Shown here piece by piece: positions 18,452-27,105 of a DNA stretch of 52,616 nucleotides (position 1 is its first letter; each line of letters begins with the position of its first letter). Position numbers and translations under genes: made by a program. The stretch is from Clostridia bacterium (GTDB lineage: Bacteria; Bacillota; Clostridia; Christensenellales; CAG-917). Location of the stretch: positions 1 to 52,616 of the forward strand of contig CAAEDU010000054.1 of NCBI GenBank assembly GCA_900754695.1, read 5' to 3'. Below the pieces are notes generated by a model, which was not told the origin of the DNA, did no database searches, and saw nothing but the letters and a program-made list of their open reading frames with translations.

Positions 18452-21202
18452 ATGAGCGAAACAAAAAAAGACATCACGCAAGACGCCGTCAAAAATCTCG
18501 GCGCATACAGGACGGGCAAACTCACCGAGCTGATGACCCTCATTTCCGCGGAAAAGGCGAAAGCCGCGGCGCTTCTTGCCGCGGTCAGGACGCGCAGAGC
18601 GACGCTCTTTGCCGAGGAAGAGGCGAAGAGGCTGGAGGCTGAACGCAGAGCGGAAGCGGAAGAGGCGGCGGCGGAGAAAGCCGCAAAAGCCGAAGCTCCC
18701 AAGGAAGCGCCCGCGGAAGAAGCTGCTCCCGCCAAAGAGGAAGCGCCCGTCGAAACGCCGGAAGAGGCTCCCGTCCCCGTAGCGGAAGAGACTCCCGCGG
18801 CAGCCGAAGAGCAGGCTAAGGAAGCTCCCGCACCCGAAGAGAAGGCGAGCGAGGAGTCCGAAGAGGCACCCGCCGAGAGCGAAAGACCCGCCGAAAAGGC
18901 TCAGGAGAAACCCGCCAAAAAGAAGCCTGCCGCGGACAAGGAGGAGAAAAAGGAGGAGAAGCCCGAAAGGAAGATCGTCCCCACCTCCAACCCCAACATC
19001 GTGCAGGAGATCCTCCCCAACGGAGAGGTGAGACGCATTTTCGTACAGCCCTCCGCAGCCAAACCCGGCATAAAGACGAGAGTGTTCGAGGGCGGTTATA
19101 CGGGCGGCAGGTCTCCGCGTCCTCAGGGCGGCGCTCCGGGCACCCGTCCCGCAGGCGGCGCAGGCGGTTTCCGCCGCGATACGACCGCCGTCAATCTGCA
19201 AAAGGCGGCGAACATGCCCTCCGGCAAGCCTTCCACGCAAAAGAACAAGAATGCGGGCAAGACCTCGGGCGGGCAGCGTTTCGACGACCGCGGCAGCATG
19301 AACAAGCGCGCCCTCATGAAGAAAGGCTACATCGTCGACGACAGCAAGATGATGCTCGACGACGAGGATCCGAGAGTGCGCGTCTTCAAGTCCAAGTCCA
19401 AAGCCTCAGGCGGCGGACAGGCAACCGTCATCGACCATGCGGTCATCACCACCGATCCCGTGCCCATCAAGGTGCTGAGCGAAAAGACGGGCATCCCCGC
19501 CTCCGAGCTCATCAAGACCCTCTTCATGCTGGGCATCATCAAGACCATCAACGAGAGCGTGGATTTCTCCACGGCGGAACTCGTGGTGAGCGAGATCACC
19601 AAAAACGCGCCCATCACCCTCGAGCTCAAGCCGGAAGTCACCCTCGAAGAGACGCTTTCCGCCAAACTCGTCATCGACGACGAGGACACGGCGAAACTCA
19701 AGCCCCGACCTCCCGTGGTCACCATCATGGGTCACGTCGACCACGGCAAGACATCCCTGCTCGACTACATCCGCAAGGCGAACGTCGCGGGCGGCGAGGC
19801 GGGCGGCATCACCCAGCACATCGGCGCTTACACCGTGTCGCTAAAAGGCTCGCCCATCACCTTCCTCGACACCCCCGGTCACGAGGCGTTCACATCCATG
19901 AGAGCGCGCGGCGCGCAGGTGACGGACATAGCGGTGCTGGTGGTCGCGGCGGACGACGGCATCATGCCTCAGACCATCGAGGCTATCAACCACGCCAAGC
20001 AGGCGGAAGTGCCCATCATCGTCGCCATCAACAAGATAGACAAGCAGGGCGCCAACCCCGACCAGGTGTTGCAGCAGCTCACCAACTATGAGCTCCTTCC
20101 CGAGGAATGGGGCGGCGAGACTCCCGTGGTGCGCGTCTCCGCAAAGACGGGCGAGGGCGTCGAGAGCCTCCTGGAAAACATCCTCATCATGGCGGAGATC
20201 CGCGAGCTCAAAGCCAATCCCGACCGTCCCGCACGCGGCACCATCATCGAAGCGCGCCTGGATAAGGGCGTGGGCAAGGTGGCGACCATCCTCGTGCAGA
20301 CGGGCACTCTGAAGATCGGCGACAACGTCGTCGCGGGCACCTCTACGGGCAAGATCCGCGCCATGACGGACGACAAGGGCAGAAAGGTGAAGAAGGCAGG
20401 TCCTTCCACCCCCGTCTCCGTCACGGGCTGGGACGAAGTGCCGGAAGCGGGCGACATCATCGACGTGGTCGCGGACGAGAAGTTCGCAAGAGAACTCGCG
20501 GAGGAGCGCCGCCTGAGACTCGCGGCACAGAACGAAGAGTCCGGCTCGGTGTCTTTGAACGACCTCTTCGACAAGATCAAGAAGGGCGAGCTCAAGTCCG
20601 TCAAACTCATCATCAAGGCGGACGTCCAGGGCTCTCTCGAAGCGGTCAAGCAGTCCCTCTCCAAGCTCGGCAACGAGGAAGTGGACATCGACATCATCCA
20701 CGGCGCTGTCGGCGCCATCAAGGAGAGCGACGTCACTCTCGCGGACACCGCGAAAGCCATCATCATCGGCTTCAACGTCCGTCCCGACGCCAACGCCAAG
20801 GCGCTCGCCGCGCAGAAACACATCGACATCCGCTTCTACGACATCATCTACAACGCCATCGAGGACATCGAAAAGGCGGTCAAGGGTCTTCTTGAGCCCA
20901 AGTTCCGCGAGAACGTCCTGGGCAGCGCAGAGGTCAGAGAGCTGTTCAAGATCACGGGAGTCGGCATCATCGCGGGCTGCCACGTCACGGACGGCAAGAT
21001 CGTGCGCGGCGCGAAGGCGAGACTGCTCAGAAACGGCGCCGTGCAAGCCAACACCGAGATCGCGTCCCTCCGTCACGAGAAGGACGACGTCAAGGAGATG
21101 GCAAAGAACTTCGACTGCGGCATCATGCTCCTGAACTATCAGGACATCAAGGTGGGCGACGTCATCGAAGCCTACGTCATGGAGCAGATCAATGAAGATT
21201 AG
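18452..21202 (+). CDS. infB: translation initiation factor IF-2
   Basis: [20 protein letters not shown] and NKID G-motifs. The N-terminal region is low-complexity and rich in E, A, K and P. Confidence 0.97.
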   Translation: MSETKKDITQDAVKNLGAYRTGKLTELMTLISAEKAKAAALLAAVRTRRATLFAEEEAKRLEAERRAEAEEAAAEKAAKAEAPKEAPAEEAAPAKEEAPVETPEEAPVPVAEETPAAAEEQAKEAPAPEEKASEESEEAPAESERPAEKAQEKPAKKKPAADKEEKKEEKPERKIVPTSNPNIVQEILPNGEVRRIFVQPSAAKPGIKTRVFEGGYTGGRSPRPQGGAPGTRPAGGAGGFRRDTTAVNLQKAANMPSGKPSTQKNKNAGKTSGGQRFDDRGSMNKRALMKKGYIVDDSKMMLDDEDPRVRVFKSKSKASGGGQATVIDHAVITTDPVPIKVLSEKTGIPASELIKTLFMLGIIKTINESVDFSTAELVVSEITKNAPITLELKPEVTLEETLSAKLVIDDEDTAKLKPRPPVVTIMGHVDHGKTSLLDYIRKANVAGGEAGGITQHIGAYTVSLKGSPITFLDTPGHEAFTSMRARGAQVTDIAVLVVAADDGIMPQTIEAINHAKQAEVPIIVAINKIDKQGANPDQVLQQLTNYELLPEEWGGETPVVRVSAKTGEGVESLLENILIMAEIRELKANPDRPARGTIIEARLDKGVGKVATILVQTGTLKIGDNVVAGTSTGKIRAMTDDKGRKVKKAGPSTPVSVTGWDEVPEAGDIIDVVADEKFARELAEERRLRLAAQNEESGSVSLNDLFDKIKKGELKSVKLIIKADVQGSLEAVKQSLSKLGNEEVDIDIIHGAVGAIKESDVTLADTAKAIIIGFNVRPDANAKALAAQKHIDIRFYDIIYNAIEDIEKAVKGLLEPKFRENVLGSAEVRELFKITGVGIIAGCHVTDGKIVRGAKARLLRNGAVQANTEIASLRHEKDDVKEMAKNFDCGIMLLNYQDIKVGDVIEAYVMEQINED

Positions 21203-21563
21203 GATGGAGCGCGTCAATTCCGAACTGCAGAAGCAGATCGCGGCGGTCATCGCGCATGACGTCAAGGATCCGCGCCTGAGTAAGGGCATCGTCAGCGTGA
21301 CCAAGGTCACCACGACGCCCGACCTGAAGTTCGCAAAAGTGTGGCTCTCCGTCTACGCCGAAAACGAGGAAGCGAGGAGGGAAGTGCTGGAGACGGTGCG
21401 CCGCTCCAAGCACTTCATCCGCAACAGGCTGAAGGATCTCGTCGAGATCCGCCTCCTCCCCGACCTCGACTTCAAGTTGGACACCAGCGTGGACTACGGG
21501 ATGAAGATAGACAAGCTGCTCAGCACCATCGACATCCCGGAGGAAACCGAAGAGGAAAAATGA
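21192..21563 (+). CDS. rbfA: ribosome-binding factor A
   Basis: RVNSELQKQIAAVI...DPRL and VT.VTTTPDLKFAKVW patterns. Confidence 0.92.
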   Translation: MKIRMERVNSELQKQIAAVIAHDVKDPRLSKGIVSVTKVTTTPDLKFAKVWLSVYAENEEARREVLETVRRSKHFIRNRLKDLVEIRLLPDLDFKLDTSVDYGMKIDKLLSTIDIPEETEEEK

Positions 21564-22513
21564 AGGACAGGCTGCAAAACATCGCAGATATGCTGAAAGG
21601 CGCAAAGGACATCGCCGTCATCGCGCACACCAACCCCGACGGCGACGCGATCTCCTGCGCGCTTGCGGTGTGCCGTGCTCTTCGGTCTCTCGGCAAGAAC
21701 GCCGTCCCGGTGTGCGACTCCGCCGTGCCCGAAAAATATCTCTTCATGGAGGGCGCGGAGAGTTTCGTGCTCCCCGATAAGACTGTGCACGAGGCGGCGC
21801 TCGCGGTGGATTGCAGCGATCTTTCCCGCCTCGGCGGCGCGGGGAAAATGTTCCTATCCGCCAAAAAACGCGCGGCGATCGACCACCACAAGTCTCACGA
21901 AAACTTCGCGCAGACGGACTATGTCGAGGCAGATTCCGCGGCTTGTGCGGAGATAATTTATCTCCTCCTCGACGGAATGGGTCTCGTAGATAAGACGGTC
22001 GCGGAGCTCGTCTTTGCGGGCATCGTCGCGGACTCGGGATGCTTTCAATATCCTTCCACCACCGAGCGCACACACGACATCGCGCGCAAGCTGATGGCTT
22101 TCGGCATCGACTCCGCAGACATCATCTACCGCGTGGTGAGGCGGGTCACTCCCTCCGTTTTCGCGCTCAAAAACCGTGTGCTTTCAAAGTGCAGGTTCTT
22201 TGACGGCGGCAGCATCGCGGTCATCACCTTCACCGCGAAAGACTTTGAGGAGACCGGCACCTCCCTCGACAACACGGAAGGCATCATCACCTCCGCCATC
22301 GACGTGGACGGGGTGGAAGTCGCGTTCGCGGTCTCGGAAGCCTCCGAAAAGAGTTTCAAGGTCAGCATCCGCACCAAGGAGAGGGCGGACGCAAGCGACA
22401 TCGCGTCGGCATTCGGCGGCGGCGGGCACTCCCGTGCCGCGGGATGCAGGGTGAACGGCTTTTATGAGGACGTCATCGACAAGCTCCTGAAAGCCGCAAG
22501 GGACAGGATGTAA
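21560..22513 (+). CDS. nrnA: DHH/DHHA1 phosphoesterase (NrnA-like oligoribonuclease/pAp phosphatase)
   Basis: IAHTNPDGDAISCA, DHHKSH and GGGGHSRAAG motifs. The ATG overlaps the rbfA stop (ATGA). Confidence 0.85.
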   Translation: MKDRLQNIADMLKGAKDIAVIAHTNPDGDAISCALAVCRALRSLGKNAVPVCDSAVPEKYLFMEGAESFVLPDKTVHEAALAVDCSDLSRLGGAGKMFLSAKKRAAIDHHKSHENFAQTDYVEADSAACAEIIYLLLDGMGLVDKTVAELVFAGIVADSGCFQYPSTTERTHDIARKLMAFGIDSADIIYRVVRRVTPSVFALKNRVLSKCRFFDGGSIAVITFTAKDFEETGTSLDNTEGIITSAIDVDGVEVAFAVSEASEKSFKVSIRTKERADASDIASAFGGGGHSRAAGCRVNGFYEDVIDKLLKAARDRM

Positions 22514-22514
22514 A

Positions 22515-23405
22515 ATGCCTCGCAGTTCTTCGCCGCTTTCGGTCACGGGGTTTGTCAACATCGCAAAACCCGCCGACATGACATCCTCGGACGCCGTGTG
22601 CATCGTGCGCGGCGTTTTGTCTCGCAGGATAGGCGGACGGCAGAAGACCGGGCACCTCGGCACCCTCGACCCGCTTGCGGAAGGCGTACTCCCCATCGCT
22701 CTCGGCAAAGCCACCGCGCTTTTCGACTTTCTCGCATTCAAGACAAAAGAATATATCGCGCGCTTCACCTTCGGGCGCACCACCGACACCCTCGACCGAG
22801 GAGGCGTTTTTCTCGCGGATGAGGGCAGAGTCCCGACAGAGGATGAACTGAAAGCGGCGCTCCCGTGCTTTTTCGGCGACGTCATGCAGGTGCCGCCCGC
22901 ATATTCCGCGAAATCCGTGGACGGCAAACGCGCCTACGACCTCGCGCGGAAGGGCGTCATGCCGGAGCTTGCCGCGCGCCCCGTGCACATCGAAAGCATA
23001 GAGCTGCTTGCTTCAAACGGCGCGGAGTTCACGCTCCGCATCGTCTGCGGCGGCGGCACATATATCCGAGCCCTCGCGCGGGACATCGCGGCGGCACTCG
23101 GCACGGTCGCGTTCATGTCCGCGCTCACGCGCACCCGCTCCGGGATGTTCACCCTCGAGGACGCGGTGACGATGGACGATTTCAGGGCGGCGCCGGAGGA
23201 GCACATCATCCCCGCAGGTCGCGCCCTCGAAGGGCTTCCCCGCCTCGTCCTCGACCATAAAAAGGAGAGGATGATCGCAAACGGAGTCCCCGTGCCTTCC
23301 GCATACGCCGCGGGCGAGAGTGCAGCCGTATTCTCCGCGGACGGAGGGCTGCTCGGGCTGGGACAGGCGGATGAGCGTGGTATGCGCCTTAGGGTGAGAC
23401 TATGA
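22515..23405 (+). CDS. truB: tRNA pseudouridine-55 synthase
   Basis: KPADMTSSD and GHLGTLDPLAEGVLPIALGKAT. Confidence 0.92.
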   Translation: MPRSSSPLSVTGFVNIAKPADMTSSDAVCIVRGVLSRRIGGRQKTGHLGTLDPLAEGVLPIALGKATALFDFLAFKTKEYIARFTFGRTTDTLDRGGVFLADEGRVPTEDELKAALPCFFGDVMQVPPAYSAKSVDGKRAYDLARKGVMPELAARPVHIESIELLASNGAEFTLRIVCGGGTYIRALARDIAAALGTVAFMSALTRTRSGMFTLEDAVTMDDFRAAPEEHIIPAGRALEGLPRLVLDHKKERMIANGVPVPSAYAAGESAAVFSADGGLLGLGQADERGMRLRVRL

Positions 23406-24328
23406 ATAAGATAAATTTCGGCGAAAAATATGATGCACCGCTCGCGCTCGCGCTCGGTTTTTTCGACTGCGTGCACCGGGGTCACGCCGCGGTCATCTCA
23501 TCGGCGAGGGAATACGCCGCAGCCCACGGCTGCGAGTGCGCCGTCTTCACCTTTTCCAACGACCCCGGCGCATTCGTCGGCAAGCGCGCCCGCATCTACA
23601 CCTTTGAGGAGAGGGCGGAAGCACTCCGCGGACTCGGCGCCGACGTCATCGTCGCGGCAGAGTTCGACAGCCGCTTCGCCGCGCTCTCGCGGGAACACTT
23701 TGCCAAGGTTCTCCGCGACACGCTCGACCTTCGCGCCATACGCGCGGGAGAGGATTATACATACGGTGCGCAGAGGGCGGGGGATGCCTCGACACTTGAT
23801 GAAGACTTCGGCGCCTACGGCGTAGACATCGGGGTGCTGCCCCTCATCCGCATCGCGGGCGAGGAGGAAAAGATCTCCTCAACGGCGGTCAAAGAGGCGC
23901 TTTCGGCAGGGGACATCGCGCGCGCAAACGCTCTGCTTTCCGAGCCCTATTTCATGCTCGGCAGAGTATCGCACGCCCACGGCAGAGGGGGCACTTTCGG
24001 GTTCCCCACCGCCAACATCCCCTTTGACAGCAGCCGTCTTGCGCCCGCACCCGGGGTGTACGCCACCAAAGTCACCGTAGGAGGCAAAGTTTTCCTCGGC
24101 GGCACCAATGTCGGCACAAAACCCACTTTCGGGGACGAAAAGCCTTCGGTGGAGACCTTCATCCTGGACTTCGACGGCGACATATACGGCAAAAATATTA
24201 AGCTCGCGTTCTACCAAAGACTGCGCGGGATAAGCGACTTCGGTTCGGCGGAAGGGCTTGCCGCCCAACTCGAGCGGGATGTCGCGCACATAAGAGAAAT
24301 TTTTGCGGAGGCAAACGATGAAAAATAA
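23402..24328 (+). CDS. ribF: bifunctional riboflavin kinase/FMN adenylyltransferase
   Basis: LGFFDCVHRGH, SSTAVKEAL and GFPTANI motifs. Confidence 0.92.
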   Translation: MNKINFGEKYDAPLALALGFFDCVHRGHAAVISSAREYAAAHGCECAVFTFSNDPGAFVGKRARIYTFEERAEALRGLGADVIVAAEFDSRFAALSREHFAKVLRDTLDLRAIRAGEDYTYGAQRAGDASTLDEDFGAYGVDIGVLPLIRIAGEEEKISSTAVKEALSAGDIARANALLSEPYFMLGRVSHAHGRGGTFGFPTANIPFDSSRLAPAPGVYATKVTVGGKVFLGGTNVGTKPTFGDEKPSVETFILDFDGDIYGKNIKLAFYQRLRGISDFGSAEGLAAQLERDVAHIREIFAEANDEK

Positions 24329-25199
24329 GTTTTCGGGCGTCCGTCCGCTCTTCGGACCGTCCGGTCACGCAGAGAGTTTCGCGGCGGAAGGGCACACCGC
24401 CACCGCCGATATGCCGGAATGGCTCGCCGCAAAGGGGCTGGACATTTTCGAGTATTCCTTCGGGAGGGGAGTGCGCGTCTCCACCGCGACCGCGGCGTCC
24501 ATAGGCGCCGTGTGCGACGGTTACGGGATTGAGATGAGCGTCCACGCGCCCTATTTCATCAACTTTGCCTCTCCGGAGCCCGAAAAAGCGGAGAATTCCG
24601 TCAATTATCTGCTTTCCTCCCTCAAAGTGCTGAAAAGTTTCGGCGGCGAGCGCTGCGTGTTCCACGCCGGCGCGCAGGGAAAGGACACCCGCGAGGCGGC
24701 GTTCACCCGCACCAAGGAGGCGTTCGGGCGCGCGCTCGAACTCATCGCGGAAGAGCCCGACTACGCAGACCTCATCGTGTGTCCCGAAACCATGGGCAAA
24801 CAGGCGCAGATCGGCACCGTGGAAGAGGTGATAGAGCTTTGCAAAATGGGGCGGAACGTCTATCCCTGCGTGGACTTCGGGCACATCAACGCCCTCTACG
24901 GCGGCAGCCTCAAAGCGGCGGAGGATTTCGAGCTCATCGTCAAAAAGCTTCTTGACGGCATCGGCGAAGAAAAGACGAAGAATATGCAGGTGCATTTTTC
25001 AAAGATACAATACGGCGCGAAAGGGGAGATCAGGCACCTCACGTTTGCGGACGACGTTTACGGTCCCGAGTTCGAGCCCTTTGCCGAAGTCATCGTAAAA
25101 TACGGGCTCACGCCGCACATCCTCTCGGAGTCCGCGGGGACGCAGGCGGAGGACGCCGTCGAGATGCGCGACATCTGGGCGGCTGCAGCAGCCCGCTGA
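24318..25199 (+). CDS. TIM-barrel AP endonuclease family 2 (endonuclease IV-like) protein
   Basis: Metal-ligand pattern SVHAPYFINFAS, CVFHAG, CPETMGK and CVDFGHINA. A GGAGG lies 7 nt upstream of the ATG at 24318. Confidence 0.72.
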   Translation: MKNKFSGVRPLFGPSGHAESFAAEGHTATADMPEWLAAKGLDIFEYSFGRGVRVSTATAASIGAVCDGYGIEMSVHAPYFINFASPEPEKAENSVNYLLSSLKVLKSFGGERCVFHAGAQGKDTREAAFTRTKEAFGRALELIAEEPDYADLIVCPETMGKQAQIGTVEEVIELCKMGRNVYPCVDFGHINALYGGSLKAAEDFELIVKKLLDGIGEEKTKNMQVHFSKIQYGAKGEIRHLTFADDVYGPEFEPFAEVIVKYGLTPHILSESAGTQAEDAVEMRDIWAAAAAR

Positions 25200-25351
25200 C
25201 GGCGCATATACAGGCGCGGCAGTCCGGAAATGCGCGGAACGCACGCGGCAAATGCGAAAAAGCGAAAGATCGGGCAGGGCGCAACGCAGCCGCACACGCG
25301 AAAGTTCGCGGCACAGAACGCTCGCACTACAAATGAAAACGCCAAAAGACG

Positions 25352-25378
25352 AAAATAACGGCTCCGAGCCGTTATTTT
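25352..25378. terminator. bidirectional terminator hairpin between convergent genes
   Basis: AAAATAACGGC-tccga-GCCGTTATTTT, with A/T runs on both sides. Confidence 0.7.
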
Positions 25379-25418
25379 CTTATGTATTCATGGGTCCATT
25401 CGGTGCGGAAAGGGGGCT

Positions 25419-25682
25419 TCAAGGCTTGTCCTCGCCGTAGCGCTCCAGAGCCTGCGGCTGGACGCGCACGCGCCCGCCCGCCTCGTCCTCGATGCCGAGC
25501 AGATAGTCCGCAGAGACATCCAATGCGAGCGCGAGCCGCGCGATATAACTCGCCTTAGGTTCGTTGACATCGTTTTCCCAAAGCGAGACCGCACTCGTAT
25601 TCACGCCGATCTTTTCGGCAAGCTGCGCCTGCGACAGCGCACTGAGCGTACGTAGTTCCTTGATCCTTGCCCCTAAACTCAT
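25419..25682 (-). CDS. XRE-family helix-turn-helix transcriptional regulator (87 aa)
   Basis: LGARIKELRTLSALSQAQLAEKIGVNTSAVSLWENDVNEP is a textbook Cro/C1 HTH. The start is set at MSLG. Confidence 0.8.
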   Translation of the reverse strand: MSLGARIKELRTLSALSQAQLAEKIGVNTSAVSLWENDVNEPKASYIARLALALDVSADYLLGIEDEAGGRVRVQPQALERYGEDKP

Positions 25683-25688
25683 ATAAAG

Positions 25689-25718
25689 ATTATAACTCAA
25701 ACATGCGGGCAATGTAAA
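25689..25718 (-). promoter_or_regulatory. sigma-A-like promoter giving a leaderless XRE mRNA
   Basis: On the minus strand: TTTACA, 18 nt spacer, TATAAT, then ctttat and ATG. The A of the ATG is 7 nt past the -10, and there is no SD sequence. Confidence 0.5.
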
Positions 25719-25800
25719 GATGCAGTTGCCGACATTTCGCAAAATCGCGCTCCCGCTCATCAAGCCCCCGGGATCTTGCGTGTTTCCGCGCCCGAAATGA

Positions 25801-25824
25801 GAGAAAAGGGGAGTTTTCTCCCCC
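25801..25824 (-). terminator. intrinsic terminator (minus strand)
   Basis: GGGGAG-aaaa-CTCCCC followed by TTTTCTCTCATTT. It lies between sRNA copy 1 and the XRE promoter. Confidence 0.65.
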
Positions 25825-25897
25825 TACACGGAAAACCCGAGAAATCGAAGCTTTTCACGGCGCCATAACAAAGCAATGTGACGTCTCGGAGCAAAGG

Positions 25898-26008
25898 AAA
25901 ACCGCCCGTAGTGACGAGCGGTTTAGTGGGGGGCCTACCCTGAAAGCCTTGAGTTCCACCCCTGTCCACGCGCATCTGCCGTGGCTTCCCCTTTAGGGGG
26001 CTGATGGC
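25898..26008 (-). ncRNA. structured sRNA, paralogue 1 (family not recognised)
   Basis: Minus strand: TTGACT (26042-26037), 16 nt spacer, TATAAT (26020-26015), with G at +7. A conserved core follows. The terminator is AAACCGCUCG-ucacua-CGGGCGGUUU followed by U-rich sequence. Confidence 0.6.
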
Positions 26009-26072
26009 AAAATGATTATAGCAAAACGACGCGAAAAGTCAATAGCGATCTTGATTTTTTTAAACCGAAAAG

Positions 26073-26179
26073 AAAAACCGCCCATAAAAGGGCGGTTTGT
26101 GGGGGGCCTACACTAAAAGCCAGGTGTTCCACCCCTGTCCACGCGCATCTGCCGTGGCTTCCCGTTCCCGGGTGATGGC
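26073..26179 (-). ncRNA. structured sRNA, paralogue 2
   Basis: Minus strand: TTGACA (26214-26209), 17 nt spacer, TATATT (26191-26186), with G at +7. The core is nearly identical to copy 1. The terminator is AAACCGCCC-uuuuau-GGGCGGUUU followed by UU. Confidence 0.65.
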
Positions 26180-26340
26180 TTAATAAATATAGCAGAGCGG
26201 CGGCGTGATGTCAAGCCCGGATCTTCCGCAAAATCAGACCGTCTATGACCGAGAAACGCAGACTTCCGGCTTTTTTTCGGCAAAAGGGGAGCATCCGCTC
26301 AAAAATGATAGCGCGCCCCCGCAAAAAACCCGCTCATAAG

Positions 26341-26450
26341 AAAACCGCCCGTAAAAGGGCGGTTTGCGGGAAGTCTACGCACGAAGACCAAACGTTCTTC
26401 CCTGTCCACGCGAGATTCCCTCCGTGGCTACCCCCTACGGGGCGGTGGTC
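26341..26450 (-). ncRNA. structured sRNA, paralogue 3 (diverged)
   Basis: Minus strand: TTGACA (26485-26480), 17 nt spacer, TACCAT (26462-26457), with G at +7. The architecture is the same, with compensatory changes. The terminator is AAACCGCCC-uuuuac-GGGCGGUUU followed by UCUU. Confidence 0.55.
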
Positions 26451-26728
26451 AAATTTATGGTAACAATCTATCGCATTTGTGTCAAGTATAAATTTACGTA
26501 TCATATAAAACGACAAACGGAAGTGCAGAGCGCATACGAACGGCTTTTGAAAATATACAACTTCAAAAAGATGGTGTATAAAAAACGCAGGATCCCATAA
26601 TACTCCGCTGAAACATTGAGGATCCGCAAGACACTCTACGAAGATGATCCGAGCGCTCCAAAGACGATCACTACGCTTCCCGAGGCGATCGAGACATTCT
26701 GCGAGGACAAATCGGACATTCCATCCCG

Positions 26729-26759
26729 AAAAATTTTTGAAAATTTTTCAAAAAATTTG
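26729..26759. other. phased A/T tract GAAAAATTTTTGAAAATTTTTCAAAAAATTTGA
   Basis: Read directly from the sequence. A-runs and T-runs alternate with a period of about 10 nt, and the near-palindrome TTGAAAATTTTTCAA is embedded. Confidence 0.6.
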
Positions 26760-26780
26760 AGGGCAGAGAGCCTGCTAATC

Positions 26781-26808
26781 TATTCGCAAAACACAGCTTT
26801 TGCGAATA
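26781..26808. repeat. perfect 11-bp-arm inverted repeat TATTCGCAAAA-cacagc-TTTTGCGAATA
   Basis: Read directly from the sequence. There is no U-tract on either strand, so it looks like an operator rather than a terminator. Confidence 0.75.
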
Positions 26809-26898
26809 GAAAGTGCAAAAAAGCCGCTTTTCCGGTAGGATGAGAAGTTTTTAGGAAAATCTGCGGCCATTCGCAATTATTTGCGTTTTACGGAGACT

Positions 26899-27105
26899 TG
26901 TGTTGTTTTGCGTAGTTTTTCGTTCGGCTTATTAGCACCGACCGATCCGTGATGCCAGCGATCTTATTGTATTGCTTTGCGTTGTTTTTCGACCGGCTCT
27001 TTCTTCCTCTTGTTCTCAGGTGTAAGCGGTTCCGCGTGTATTGCTTAGCATTGGTTCGCGGTCGGTTTATTCATTCGGTCCGAGTTTCCGTGTAAAGCCC
27101 GTTGT
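26899..27105 (+). repeat. three degenerate tandem direct repeats with an exact 69-bp period
   Basis: TGTGTTG, TGTATTG and TGTATTG start at 26899, 26968 and 27037. Over the first 35 nt, unit 1 vs unit 2 is 28/35 identical and unit 2 vs unit 3 is 24/35, ungapped. The unit tails also resemble each other (CCGTG..GCC.GCG). Confidence 0.7.

Noticed and set aside
25898-26450. Reading the three RNA units as tandem riboswitches with terminator expression platforms.
   Set aside because: Each unit has its own near-consensus promoter, and no ORF follows any terminator. The XRE gene downstream has a separate promoter and an extra insulating terminator. The core matches none of the riboswitch consensus sequences I checked from memory (ZTP, c-di-GMP I/II, c-di-AMP, guanidine I-III, NiCo, glycine, PRPP, preQ1, SAM, TPP, FMN, cobalamin).
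26899-27105. A decayed CRISPR array, read as a conserved block of about 35 nt plus a variable block of about 34 nt giving a 69-bp period.
   Set aside because: The repeats are only 24-28/35 identical. The would-be spacers also resemble one another. There are only three units, no cas genes in the window, and no palindromic repeat core. A degenerate tandem repeat is the better description.
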